A DNA stretch of 32,000 nucleotides from Candidatus Methanoperedens sp. (GTDB lineage: Archaea > Halobacteriota > Methanosarcinia > Methanosarcinales > Methanoperedenaceae): assembly GCA_026552855.1 (NCBI GenBank), contig JAPMTX010000164.1, positions 1,216 through 33,215 of the forward strand, given 5' to 3'. Position 1 is the stretch's first letter; each line of letters opens with the position of its first letter. A model generated the notes under the pieces. It searched no databases. It saw nothing but the letters and a program-made list of their open reading frames with translations, and had not been told where the DNA came from. Positions 17,796 through 27,100 of this stretch are shown here, piece by piece. Both the position numbers and the translations under genes were made by a program.

Positions 17796-18770
17796 CTATA
17801 TGTCGATTTTAGTCGTTCTCCTGAGTAATACTGAGAAGGCGTCACGATATGATATCTTCTGCTTCAGCACTTCCATATCAACAGCTCCGAGGGCGTCGCC
17901 CGCAAATGCAATGGAGTTCCCCAGCATCTCAAGACGCTTCCCGATGGATGCGATATAAAAACCAAACCTTGTAGTGGTGTAAGGCAGACGAGCCGTTATC
18001 TTATACGGATCAGGATTATCGAGCAGCCCTGCCTCGCCGGTTAAATGTAGATCCCTTTTACCGAGGACCTTCTGCGCCAGCTCAAGATGGGACACTTTCT
18101 TTATTCCCATATAGGCTGAAGCTACAAGGTCTGTAGCTATAACATCATCCCCCGCGATGAAAACATTATCCTGCCTGGGCAGCCCGTCTACAGGTCCTCT
18201 CCCTTCCAGGCCCGTGTTTCCCTCGATTATGGTAAGATGCGGTCTGTAGAACTGTACCAGGTCTACAAGGATGCTGTCAAGGAATGGATGAAGGCTTTCC
18301 TTATCTTTCCTTGTGATCATGCCAAAGAGGTTTTTGGTCCCAAGACTGACTTTTGTAAATACATGTGTTTTCAATCTTGCCATGTTTATCAGGCACTCGC
18401 TCTCGTACAGAGTAAGGGGTACGTTAAGCATGCCTATTATCCTGCCGTTCACGTCCACTTTCACAGCATCATCCTTTGACAGGTTTACAACCCCGGCGCC
18501 TTCAAGTTCCGTGTATCCGAGCCTCTTAAAAGCGATGTCTGCGCGCAGGGCTGTGGCGTCGGATTCTACGACCTTTATCAGGGCATCAGGATTGATCTCC
18601 AGTATGCGATCTACTATCTTTTTTACAGACTCTACGCTCGTCGTTATCGGACAGGATGCGATGGTGCAGAGGTTTACCTTGATGACGTAATTATCGACTT
18701 TCGGGATATTTTTAAAAGCTGCTGCCAGCACTTCTTCTGAGTTTCTCCCGATGGTTACTGATGAGTTCAT
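17796..18770 (-). CDS. DUF362 domain protein
   Basis: The pattern IKVNL...T..., LKTH, KNLFG, and EG.GP.DG.P...IAGDD.IA.D matches the DUF362 family as I remember it. Confidence 0.6.
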   Translation of the reverse strand: MNSSVTIGRNSEEVLAAAFKNIPKVDNYVIKVNLCTIASCPITTSVESVKKIVDRILEINPDALIKVVESDATALRADIAFKRLGYTELEGAGVVNLSKDDAVKVDVNGRIIGMLNVPLTLYESECLINMARLKTHVFTKVSLGTKNLFGMITRKDKESLHPFLDSILVDLVQFYRPHLTIIEGNTGLEGRGPVDGLPRQDNVFIAGDDVIATDLVASAYMGIKKVSHLELAQKVLGKRDLHLTGEAGLLDNPDPYKITARLPYTTTRFGFYIASIGKRLEMLGNSIAFAGDALGAVDMEVLKQKISYRDAFSVLLRRTTKIDI

Positions 18771-19039
18771 ATGTTGCCATTCCTTATCCAGATAAGAATA
18801 GGTATACCTGTAAGGACTAACAGGACTATTCCGGCGTTAATAAGGGTGATCCTGACGCCCAGCAGCGAGTTCAGGAAAAAGATGCTTAATGTCGAAAGGG
18901 ATATCGACAGGGCGATCGATAAAGCCGCAAGCTCCAGGATATCCTTTTTCTCTTTCTCGAAGAGCAAAAGGCACCATGCCGCGCCGGGAACCAGGAACAG
19001 GAAAATGCCGCCCAGGACAGCCTGCAGTATCTCTATCAT
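18767..19039 (-). CDS. Small integral membrane protein (3 predicted TM helices)
   Basis: The sequence is hydrophobic. It has 4-nt overlaps with both neighbours (19036..19039 and 18767..18770), which suggests translational coupling. Confidence 0.55.
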   Translation of the reverse strand: MIEILQAVLGGIFLFLVPGAAWCLLLFEKEKKDILELAALSIALSISLSTLSIFFLNSLLGVRITLINAGIVLLVLTGIPILIWIRNGNI

Positions 19040-20514
19040 CTTACCTCGTAGATAAACGTCTTGTTCTCACTGTGTACCAGTTTCAAGGAACTCATACTGA
19101 TTTCTTCCTTGCTGTATATATAATCAGGTTTTAGTTCTGCCAGTATTTTTTCTCTTGTCCCGGTATTCCCTCTGAAAAAGTCCAGGCTCTTATTAACACT
19201 ATCTTCACTTGATCCCAGCCTTCCCCGTATCAGGGATACTACGTTCCTGTCTGCGATTACCCCGATAGCTGCTGATGCTCTTGGCATCGCCAGGATAACA
19301 GCATCCTGCGGAGTATTATCTTTTAACCATAAGATCGGCTCATATTCCCCCGGCTCTATCACCAGGGGTATATCCTCTTTATAAGTGAAGATGGAATTGA
19401 CCTGGAAAACCAATATTATAATAACGAGCGCAGCCGCTAATTTTTGGATTTTGATAGACCGGTATACGTGATACAGTCCGATTCCAGCCAGTATCAATAG
19501 TATTTCAGATATATACACAACCACCCGCTCGTACGGAGCAAAAAAAGCGTATCCCAGGTAAATGTAAGCCAGTATAATAAAGAGCAGCGCGTCCACAGAC
19601 AGCGGAAGTATTTTCGCCTCATTGTCCATCATTGCCTTAAAGAAGCCAAAGATTGAGAACCCGAAGGCGATTACCCCCATGTATGCCGGGAATTGCATTA
19701 CGACCTCGAACCTGTTCATTGGAATAGAGCGCGGGAATGTAAGGATTTTAAGTATCTTTGCAATATAGCCTGCAACAGAACCCTCAAAAGGCACGACCAC
19801 AAGTAACAGGACAAGTAATAAGAAGATAGAACCGAGCAATTTGTTCTTATTCTGTCTGATTATACCGGGGTTAAATATTATGTAGAGGGCTAACATCGGG
19901 ATAAATATGACCGCTGAGGCTGGATGAGCCAGTGCTGTGGCTGCAAAAACCAACAGAAATACCGGGATATATCTATTTGAGATCTGGGATTTCAGGAAAA
20001 GATAAAAGATCAGGGGTAAGAAAGCCATTCCAAAGGATAATGCCACCAGGAACCACGGACCGAGAAAAAATACATCGCTCTTAAGAGTCATTACAAAAAT
20101 AGCAGACAGTAATGCAGGAAGGTCGTTTTTTGTAAGGTACCTCACCAGGATAAAAGTATTGAAAGACAGTATGAAAACGAAAACAGCAGGGAGGATCAGC
20201 CCTGTATCCAGAGGGGAGATCCCTGTGAAAAGGCTTGAGAGCGCAATAAAAAGGTTATAATTCAGTTCCCACATGGCAGAATTGGTATTCGCAACGCCAT
20301 GGGCTTCCTCATTGAAATTAACGTAATACGGGTTCCCGGGGAGAAAGGGATTATACTCCACCAGCTTTTTTTCCTTCAGGATCTCCTGGGCGATCTTTAT
20401 ATTATCCCATTCGTCCGCATGGAACGGGAAGCGGTAGTTGAGATGAATGCTGCCTGTTGTGTAGATGCTCAGTGAGATTAATATCAGTATGCAAACTAAC
20501 AATTTATTTTTCAA
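19036..20514 (-). CDS. Polytopic membrane protein, possibly a GT-C/STT3-like glycosyltransferase (function uncertain)
   Basis: There are at least 10 hydrophobic segments, a first-loop HADEWD, and a C-terminal ILWLKDNTPQDAVILA segment that resembles the region preceding WWDYG in STT3/AglB. No WWDYG motif is present. Confidence 0.6.
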   Translation of the reverse strand: MKNKLLVCILILISLSIYTTGSIHLNYRFPFHADEWDNIKIAQEILKEKKLVEYNPFLPGNPYYVNFNEEAHGVANTNSAMWELNYNLFIALSSLFTGISPLDTGLILPAVFVFILSFNTFILVRYLTKNDLPALLSAIFVMTLKSDVFFLGPWFLVALSFGMAFLPLIFYLFLKSQISNRYIPVFLLVFAATALAHPASAVIFIPMLALYIIFNPGIIRQNKNKLLGSIFLLLVLLLVVVPFEGSVAGYIAKILKILTFPRSIPMNRFEVVMQFPAYMGVIAFGFSIFGFFKAMMDNEAKILPLSVDALLFIILAYIYLGYAFFAPYERVVVYISEILLILAGIGLYHVYRSIKIQKLAAALVIIILVFQVNSIFTYKEDIPLVIEPGEYEPILWLKDNTPQDAVILAMPRASAAIGVIADRNVVSLIRGRLGSSEDSVNKSLDFFRGNTGTREKILAELKPDYIYSKEEISMSSLKLVHSENKTFIYEVR

Positions 20515-20584
20515 GATGTTTCTATTCTTAGCCGAATCTACATAAATAATTATTCTCTTCCATCCGGGGTTGAAAAATGTTTAT

Positions 20585-21028
20585 ATGCCACAGCGCTTAT
20601 TACATTTCATGAAACAATTCGTCAAAAATACACTGGTTATCATATTTGTTATCGCTGTGCTTCTGCTGAGTTTCTATTATCTTGGCGGGCTAAAGCAGGC
20701 ATCTGTCCTGAAAGTCCAGGTAAAGGTAAGTGGCAACCAGAGCAGTGCAACCATAGACAATATCACAGCGCATGTAGAGCAGGTAAGTAAAGTAAGTGAA
20801 CCAAAAGGCACTTTACTGGTAACACCGGGTGTAACAGTAGTAGTTATGCAGAACATGGAGATGATAGGGGAATGGACTTCAGTTCCCTTTAATGGAAGCG
20901 GTACTTACAGCCTGGCAGTCGGACTGAACAGGTACATAGGGCCCGGAGAGACTGTGCGGGTTATAGCGCGAGTGATGAATGAAAAGGCTGAGAATATGGA
21001 TGTACGCTCACAGGAAACGAGAATATAA
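20585..21028 (+). CDS. Small membrane-anchored beta-rich hypothetical protein (paralogue of 1012..1476)
   Basis: One TM helix is followed by LKQASVLKVQVKV...GTYSLAVG...GETVRVIARV, which aligns by eye with LMKPALVLKVSTNI...GVYTLQVF...GDVLILPIRI. The start is ambiguous (TTG 20570, ATG 20585 or ATG 20609). Confidence 0.55.
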   Translation: MPQRLLHFMKQFVKNTLVIIFVIAVLLLSFYYLGGLKQASVLKVQVKVSGNQSSATIDNITAHVEQVSKVSEPKGTLLVTPGVTVVVMQNMEMIGEWTSVPFNGSGTYSLAVGLNRYIGPGETVRVIARVMNEKAENMDVRSQETRI

Positions 21029-21034
21029 AAAAAT

Positions 21035-21060
21035 CTCAACCGGTTCCACTGCCGGCTGAG
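21035..21060. terminator. Imperfect hairpin between convergent genes (possible bidirectional terminator)
   Basis: ctcaaccgg / loop ttccactg / ccggctgag forms 9 bp with one mismatch, flanked by A/T runs. Confidence 0.3.
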
Positions 21061-21073
21061 GTTGGTTTAATAA

Positions 21074-21754
21074 TTACGGATTCGTTCCATCCGCTGTCAC
21101 ATTACCACCCTTGGTATGTGTCTCATTATAGCTGTTGTTGGCTGAGATATGGATGGTGTATAAACCGCTGGTGTTCTCATAGACTAATAGATCCATGCCT
21201 ACAGATCTTCTCCAGGTTGCATTGATGTTGGTGTGGGTATGGCAGCCTACGCATGCTTCATTTGCGCCTTTCAGAATCGTTCCGTTGTTTTTAGCACCGG
21301 CTAACGCAGAGGTATTGGTAACACTCTCATTGTAGAACGGTCCATGAGCTTCATTAACATTCAGCAGCTCACCCGGAACTCCTGTATGGCATCCTGCGCA
21401 TTCCATTGTCACTGCTGCATGGGCACCCTTTTCTGCTACGTTCTGAGAAAAATTACCGCTGTAATCACGTGTCCCGTTGGAAAACTTGGCTATCGGTATG
21501 CTGTCTATGGTACCGGTTCTGTGACAACCTTTACATTCTTTAAGTGCAGGAGTATTGACATGCGCTGTAGAAATGCCGTACTGACCTGAGGCAGAGCTCA
21601 TTTCATCATAGATATCCTGATGGCATTTTTCACACCTTACACTTGTTCCGTTGTCGAAAGTATGCTGTCCTGCAAAGAGCGATAATGAGTTTGGCATTGC
21701 GAACAGCCCCACTGCCGCCACTGCGACAGTTAGCAAAAATATTTTACTGTTCAT
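21074..21754 (-). CDS. Tetraheme c-type cytochrome, 'LFAGQH' family (226 aa)
   Basis: Four CxxCH motifs (CEKCH, CKGCH, CAGCH, CVGCH). The N-terminus is MNSKIFLLTVAVAAVGLFAMPNSLSLFAGQH. An AGGAGG SD lies 7 nt upstream. Confidence 0.85.
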   Translation of the reverse strand: MNSKIFLLTVAVAAVGLFAMPNSLSLFAGQHTFDNGTSVRCEKCHQDIYDEMSSASGQYGISTAHVNTPALKECKGCHRTGTIDSIPIAKFSNGTRDYSGNFSQNVAEKGAHAAVTMECAGCHTGVPGELLNVNEAHGPFYNESVTNTSALAGAKNNGTILKGANEACVGCHTHTNINATWRRSVGMDLLVYENTSGLYTIHISANNSYNETHTKGGNVTADGTNP

Positions 21755-21949
21755 GATATTTCCTCCTTACCTATCTATCATAAATTTATTAAGACAAGAT
21801 ATAATCTAACGTAATTATAATTGTATTTTGTATGGTATATATCTTACTATCTATTCCTCTGAAGCCCTTGGATTGATGCATCTTACATCCTGTAAACATT
21901 AACTGAGTTACAGTTGCATACTTAAATCAGTAACTACTAATCAAAGGAT

Positions 21950-22954
21950 ATGAAAATATTGCTGATCCCTGCACTTCTGCTCGTCATTGCATCAGCGTAT
22001 ATTTCCTCGGTTGTATTCGGCAGTCTTGACGACCCGCTCTACTGTGCCAGGTGCCACGTATCTAATTATAAGTCTTACATTTCCCCGCCTAACAATTCGG
22101 ACATGCCAGCCCATAATAAAACAGGCATTACCTGCATAGAGTGCCATTCTTCTCCAGGATTCCAGTCAAGTCTGGCTGCTAAAAAGTTCCTCATAAATAT
22201 CCAGTTCATAAACTACTCACTCCCTGTGCTTAACAGGCTTTTGTCCTCAAATTTTACATTGAACCAGAGTGTTAATGCCTCAGATTTTGCCATACTGAAA
22301 GCCAACTGCACAAAATGCCATAATGTTAAAAAGATAACCTCATTTAAGTTCAACCATTCCAATACTTCCTCCTGTGAAGGCTGCCATATCATGCACAAAG
22401 AGATGCCAACAAAGCCCGATACGAGCTTCTGGAAGCGCATGGGCGAGGGAGGGCACAGGAACAGGACATGCGGAGATTGCCATGGAACCGACCCTACGAG
22501 ACTGGAAGATCTTCCACAGTGCACCAAATGCCATAAGCCCCACTTAAAGGATTCACTGTGGGACAGGAGCATCTGCCTCGGCTGCCACAGCGACCCGCAT
22601 CTTCCTGTCAGGGATGCCGTTTTCAAGGACACCCTGACAAAAGAGATGTGCGCTGCCTGCCATATTGATGTATACAACAACCTCACGATACGCAACAGCA
22701 AACATAACCAGAACGTACCCGCCTGCATCAACTGCCATCCCAAACACAGGCAGGCAGAGGCTTGTATAAAATGTCATAAACCCCACGGACCTCCTCATAA
22801 AGGCAGTAGTTGTAACAGTTGCCACAAATACGTCAGCGTATGCACCGACTGCCATACCAATCCGCATGACCCGCTAAACGGTCTTCCTACAATATCTGAT
22901 GAAGGACAGTGGGAAGAATTCGCAAAGCAGGTAAGAGACAGGAAAACGGGTTAA
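21950..22954 (+). CDS. Membrane-anchored 12-heme cytochrome with NapC/NirT/NrfH-like N-terminal module
   Basis: Twelve CxxCH motifs. A single N-terminal TM helix is followed by YCARCHVSNYKSY...H.K.GI.CIECH....F......K. This matches the NapC-type pattern C..CH.M...Y..Y..S.H......V.C.DCH..H.F...... Several CxxCHxPH doublets follow. Confidence 0.8.
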   Translation: MKILLIPALLLVIASAYISSVVFGSLDDPLYCARCHVSNYKSYISPPNNSDMPAHNKTGITCIECHSSPGFQSSLAAKKFLINIQFINYSLPVLNRLLSSNFTLNQSVNASDFAILKANCTKCHNVKKITSFKFNHSNTSSCEGCHIMHKEMPTKPDTSFWKRMGEGGHRNRTCGDCHGTDPTRLEDLPQCTKCHKPHLKDSLWDRSICLGCHSDPHLPVRDAVFKDTLTKEMCAACHIDVYNNLTIRNSKHNQNVPACINCHPKHRQAEACIKCHKPHGPPHKGSSCNSCHKYVSVCTDCHTNPHDPLNGLPTISDEGQWEEFAKQVRDRKTG

Positions 22955-23733
22955 TTATATCTCCTTTTTACAGGACTGCTGTCCGTATGATTATACGGCG
23001 GCGGAGGGATTATCGTGACGCTGACAGCCGTTCCTGTATGGCACCCTTCGCATGCCCAGTGCCCTTTTGAAATGCTTTCGCCGTATATGTTGCCCGGCGT
23101 CTGGTTGAACGCCATAATTGCCGCATAACGTGAGGATTGGTTGCTCGTCTCCAGGTAGTATGGCTGGTGGATATTCGCCTGGCTCAGGTTATGCCCTGCT
23201 GCTGTAGTATCCGGCGCGGTCTTACCGAAGAGCAGCGGATTGTTATAAATGTGATTCCTGTTACCATGGCACCTGTCATCATCGCACCCTCTTATCACTA
23301 TCCCCGTATGGTCTGTTGCACCAGCAAGAGATGCATTATGACATAGCATGCATATCTCAGCCCCATCTATTATGCCGTTATTATTCCTGTCAAGGCTGAA
23401 ATTCCGAAGCTGTGATCCATCCTTCCATGCTTTTTGGGTTGAATTCCATGTCCAGTTTGTCCCATCGTATGCTGTTATAACCCCGGCAGAATAATCTATG
23501 CCCCCAAGGGAAAGGTATGTAGTATAATTAGTATTACCCGCCGCATCCCTGTGTTTTTCATAAACATACCCGCTTGTTTCAATCTCAGCCAGTATATCGG
23601 AGTGGCACTTCTCGCACTCTATTCCCATCCCGCTGTAGTACGTATGCTGACCTGCGAACAATGCTACCGTCCTGGGCATTGCATAGAAGCTGACAGCCAT
23701 AAAAGCCAGGAATAATATTATTTTCTTGTTCAT
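22951..23733 (-). CDS. c-type cytochrome, 'LFAGQH' family (260 aa; 3 CxxCH plus 1 CX4CH) with an EF-hand-like loop
   Basis: Heme motifs are CEKCH, CMLCH, CDDDRCH and CEGCH. The N-terminus is MNKKIILFLAFMAVSFYAMPRTVALFAGQH. DRNNNGIIDGAEI lies immediately before CMLCH. A GAGGTG SD is present. Confidence 0.8.
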   Translation of the reverse strand: MNKKIILFLAFMAVSFYAMPRTVALFAGQHTYYSGMGIECEKCHSDILAEIETSGYVYEKHRDAAGNTNYTTYLSLGGIDYSAGVITAYDGTNWTWNSTQKAWKDGSQLRNFSLDRNNNGIIDGAEICMLCHNASLAGATDHTGIVIRGCDDDRCHGNRNHIYNNPLLFGKTAPDTTAAGHNLSQANIHQPYYLETSNQSSRYAAIMAFNQTPGNIYGESISKGHWACEGCHTGTAVSVTIIPPPPYNHTDSSPVKRRYN

Positions 23734-23740
23734 CTACACC

Positions 23741-24184
23741 TCATGAACCATTAAAATACTGTCTTGCCCTGTCATACACCTTGGCTTTGTTCCCTTTCGC
23801 AATAATATAATGTGCGGACTGGTTAATCCCGCTTATACTCCCGATATTATCATCCTGGTGTATAATTATGTTGTTAGTATCTATAGAGTAGTTAGTGTGG
23901 CAGTTGGTGCAGTAGATCTGCTTGGTAAGATTATGAGCTAAATTAATATTATAAAGCTCGGATGTGTTAGGATTGTAACCGTGGCATATGCATCCTGCAT
24001 TGCGATGGACGCTTGTATTCACAAAAGATACTTTATCCGGGTGGCATTTGGTACAGAACTCAGGCGCTGTGGTCTTATTCTCATAGACCGTATGCCCCCC
24101 TGAGAAAACAGCATAGGTTTTAAAAGTGGAGACCAGGAAAAGTGCCCCGAAGATTGCAAATATCAATAATATTCTCTTGTCCAT
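23741..24184 (-). CDS. Small diheme c-type cytochrome, divergent 'LFAGQH' family member (147 aa)
   Basis: Two CxxCH motifs (CTKCH, CTNCH). The N-terminus is MDKRILLIFAIFGALFLVSTFKTYAVFSGGH. The gene starts 4 nt after the stop of the 1070-aa gene. Confidence 0.7.
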   Translation of the reverse strand: MDKRILLIFAIFGALFLVSTFKTYAVFSGGHTVYENKTTAPEFCTKCHPDKVSFVNTSVHRNAGCICHGYNPNTSELYNINLAHNLTKQIYCTNCHTNYSIDTNNIIIHQDDNIGSISGINQSAHYIIAKGNKAKVYDRARQYFNGS

Positions 24185-24188
24185 TTGA

Positions 24189-27100
24189 TCACCACGATGA
24201 ATAGTTTTTATCAGGATACGTATGGCAGTAGTTGCAATCTACCGGTTTGTTAAATCCATATGTGGCAATAGCCTTATTATATAAATTCCGGTCATGGCAT
24301 ATTGTACAGTCTGTAATATCTACAACTGATACCCCTCCGACTTTATAATTGCCAGGGTCTCCAGTTATGTTGTGCCTTTCCCGCAGGTTGTTCGGGTCCA
24401 GAACAGCATGGCAGTCCTCACAGGCTTTTCTTGCGCCGATATTGTTATGCCCCCCGGTATGGCAGCTCCTGCAGATGACATTACCGTGAGGACTTTCATT
24501 GAACATGGCGGAATTAACGAATCTCGCAGGAGCTGTCGGACTCCCGCTGCTGTTCATAACAGGATAGGAGAAGTGGCAGTCTTTGCAGTCCCTGGCTGTA
24601 ATATTATGTAAAAAGGCATCCATTGTCCCGTTACCCGGACCGATGCTGTGGCAGGTTTTACATGTAGAATCGTTGTAATCCGGCGTCAGGTTATGGTAGT
24701 AGAAACCTGGCATGGTATTTACCGCATAAGTCCCGTTCGTGATCTCAGGAGGAACTGGAAGGTTTGCCGATATAAATGTTGATGTCATATCTTCGTAACT
24801 CTTTCCTCCGTTCGAATATCCCCGGTAGTGGCAGCCTGCACACCAGTTGCTTGTATTTGTAATACTTGAATTGACTATATTGTTCCCTCTCCAGTTCCCG
24901 GGTCTGCCGAGAGCCGCTGCCTTATGCCTGGTATCATTGTGGCAGTAAATACAGGCTGTAATCTCTGAAGTGTTGTCCCAGTAGCCTGATGAGTTCCAGC
25001 GCGTTCCGTTGGAGAGATTGTCGCTGTGGTGCATTGGAGACGGTATCTTTGGAGGTGCCCTTGACAGGTTCGGATAAAACGCAGGGTCCTGGTGGCAGTT
25101 AATGCAGTTAACACCCGTGGAATTGCTTGTACTGTAATTCACATCTGACTGGACTGACTGGAGGTATTTAACAGGGTGGATATCCCCACTGCTGTTAAGA
25201 TGGCATTCCGTACAATTCACCGAATTATTGTGCTTCTGCCTGATGCCGGTAACCATTCCTGAGTAATTCGTTCCTCCGGTGTCGTTGCTGCCATGGCATG
25301 ACAGGCAGAATGTTGAGTTGGGAAGAGTAAGTGCAGGCTTGGTAAGAGTGGAGTTGTGTATCCAGCCTGAGTTGTGGCACCTGATACATCCCGGATTTGA
25401 GTTATTATAGCGCAGGCTGTGGTTAGAGATGTTACTGTTGTTTGAGTCCATCATTGCTACAGCGAACGCCGTGCTGGTATTTTTATGGCAGTATGCGCAG
25501 TCGGCAGCATTCCCCTGCCTGACCTGCGGGTCAGGAGCCCTGCTTCTGCCGTAGTGTGAGGGAAGTGAAAAGTTTGTACCATAATTATCGCCTGTATAAT
25601 CCACTTTCATCTCGGTCAGGTTGTGGCACATTATACATGAGGAAGAATTGTCAGAAGCATTTAAGGCTGCCTTTATACTGGTCCCGTTTATGAAATGCTG
25701 GCTCACGTTCGGGGCATTGCTGACATTACCATACGGTTTGCCTGTACCGTTGTGGCAGTCATAGCACTTATACGGGTTGCTGAACCGGCTGCCCATACTG
25801 TCGTTAGCCGGCTGGCTTCCGGCGGAATCATGGCATCCCCAGCATTTCTTGTTCTCGGCTGGTACCCCTGTTGAATTAGTCGCATTCCTGTTCAGGTTGG
25901 CATGGATAGCGCCGCTTGAGTTCATGGCTGAACTATTTACCTGGTGAAATGCAGACTTTCCTGTATTATGACAGTCTATGCAGTTCGGACCCGCAACGAA
26001 GGTTACATTATGCGGGTCACTCCCATGACAGGTTGTGCATTGCGTCCCCATATTATGAGTTATGCCTGAGTGGCAGGTCCTGCATACTGTAGCATCCAGG
26101 GTGTAGAGGGATTTTACATCGTGCTCCCGGTTATGGCACAGACCGCAGGCTACTGTTTTCCGGGTAGAATGCGTCGTGTTTTCGATGGAATCGGGAATGG
26201 TTGTATTGTTCAGGATTGATCCTGGTCTCGGATGGCAGGTTATACAATTCGGTTTAGTTATCAGACTGGTCAGGTTATTATGGCAGTCATTACATGTCGC
26301 GTTCAAATAATGTCTATCCAGACCGTAGCGCGGGGATAGGGCGTTTTGACCGGTCGTAATATCGCCGTGGCAGTTCACACATGCAAGAGCCGCATTTCCA
26401 CCTGACGAAGTTCTGTGGCAGTTGTTGCATTGTCCTGCCCGTGGATGCGCTACCCAATCGGGATAATGGAGACTATGGCAGTCCCCGCATTGAAGTGTTG
26501 AGGTAATGAAATTACCCGGATCAGGGTGTTCCACATATATCTGTGTGGTATCGAAGTGCTTTGGATGAACATATCCTGATTCGAATGTAGAAGGATAATT
26601 GTCTCCACCAGCACTGTGGCAGTTAGCGCAGCCCCATCTCAAGACGCTGAACTCTCCTGCAATATTGGGATAATCTGTTATTCTTATCACGTATCCGCCT
26701 TCATCCAGATAATCAGGCAGAACGAAGTCACCTGAATAAGGACCTGCACCGCTCAGGTTCGTTCTTCCTATCTCGCCGCCTGTGCTGTTGTAGATAACAA
26801 CTTCCAGCGAGAGACCCTGAACATAGCGTCCGCTAACGTTATTAAGAATTGCAGTGGATATGTTTACAGTCCTGAAGTTAGCAGGCGAGCCTGTCCATCC
26901 TGGTGGACTTACCATGTACTCCGAGGGACTTGTCCATACACCTGGTCTGAGAGTTACGAGAACGCTCGCTGGCACCGAATCATTGGCATTTGTAAAGTTC
27001 CAGCTCTCAGGCTTATAGTAGTAAGTGGTGTTTGCGGATAGACCTGACAACCTGATGCTCACATTGAATGTATTATTGTTCCAGATGCTCCAGCTCCCGT

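Noticed and set aside
23981-23992. GCICHG in the 147-aa cytochrome, considered as a third heme site of CXCH type
   Set aside because: A single residue between the cysteines is not an established heme-attachment motif. I counted only the two canonical CxxCH sites.
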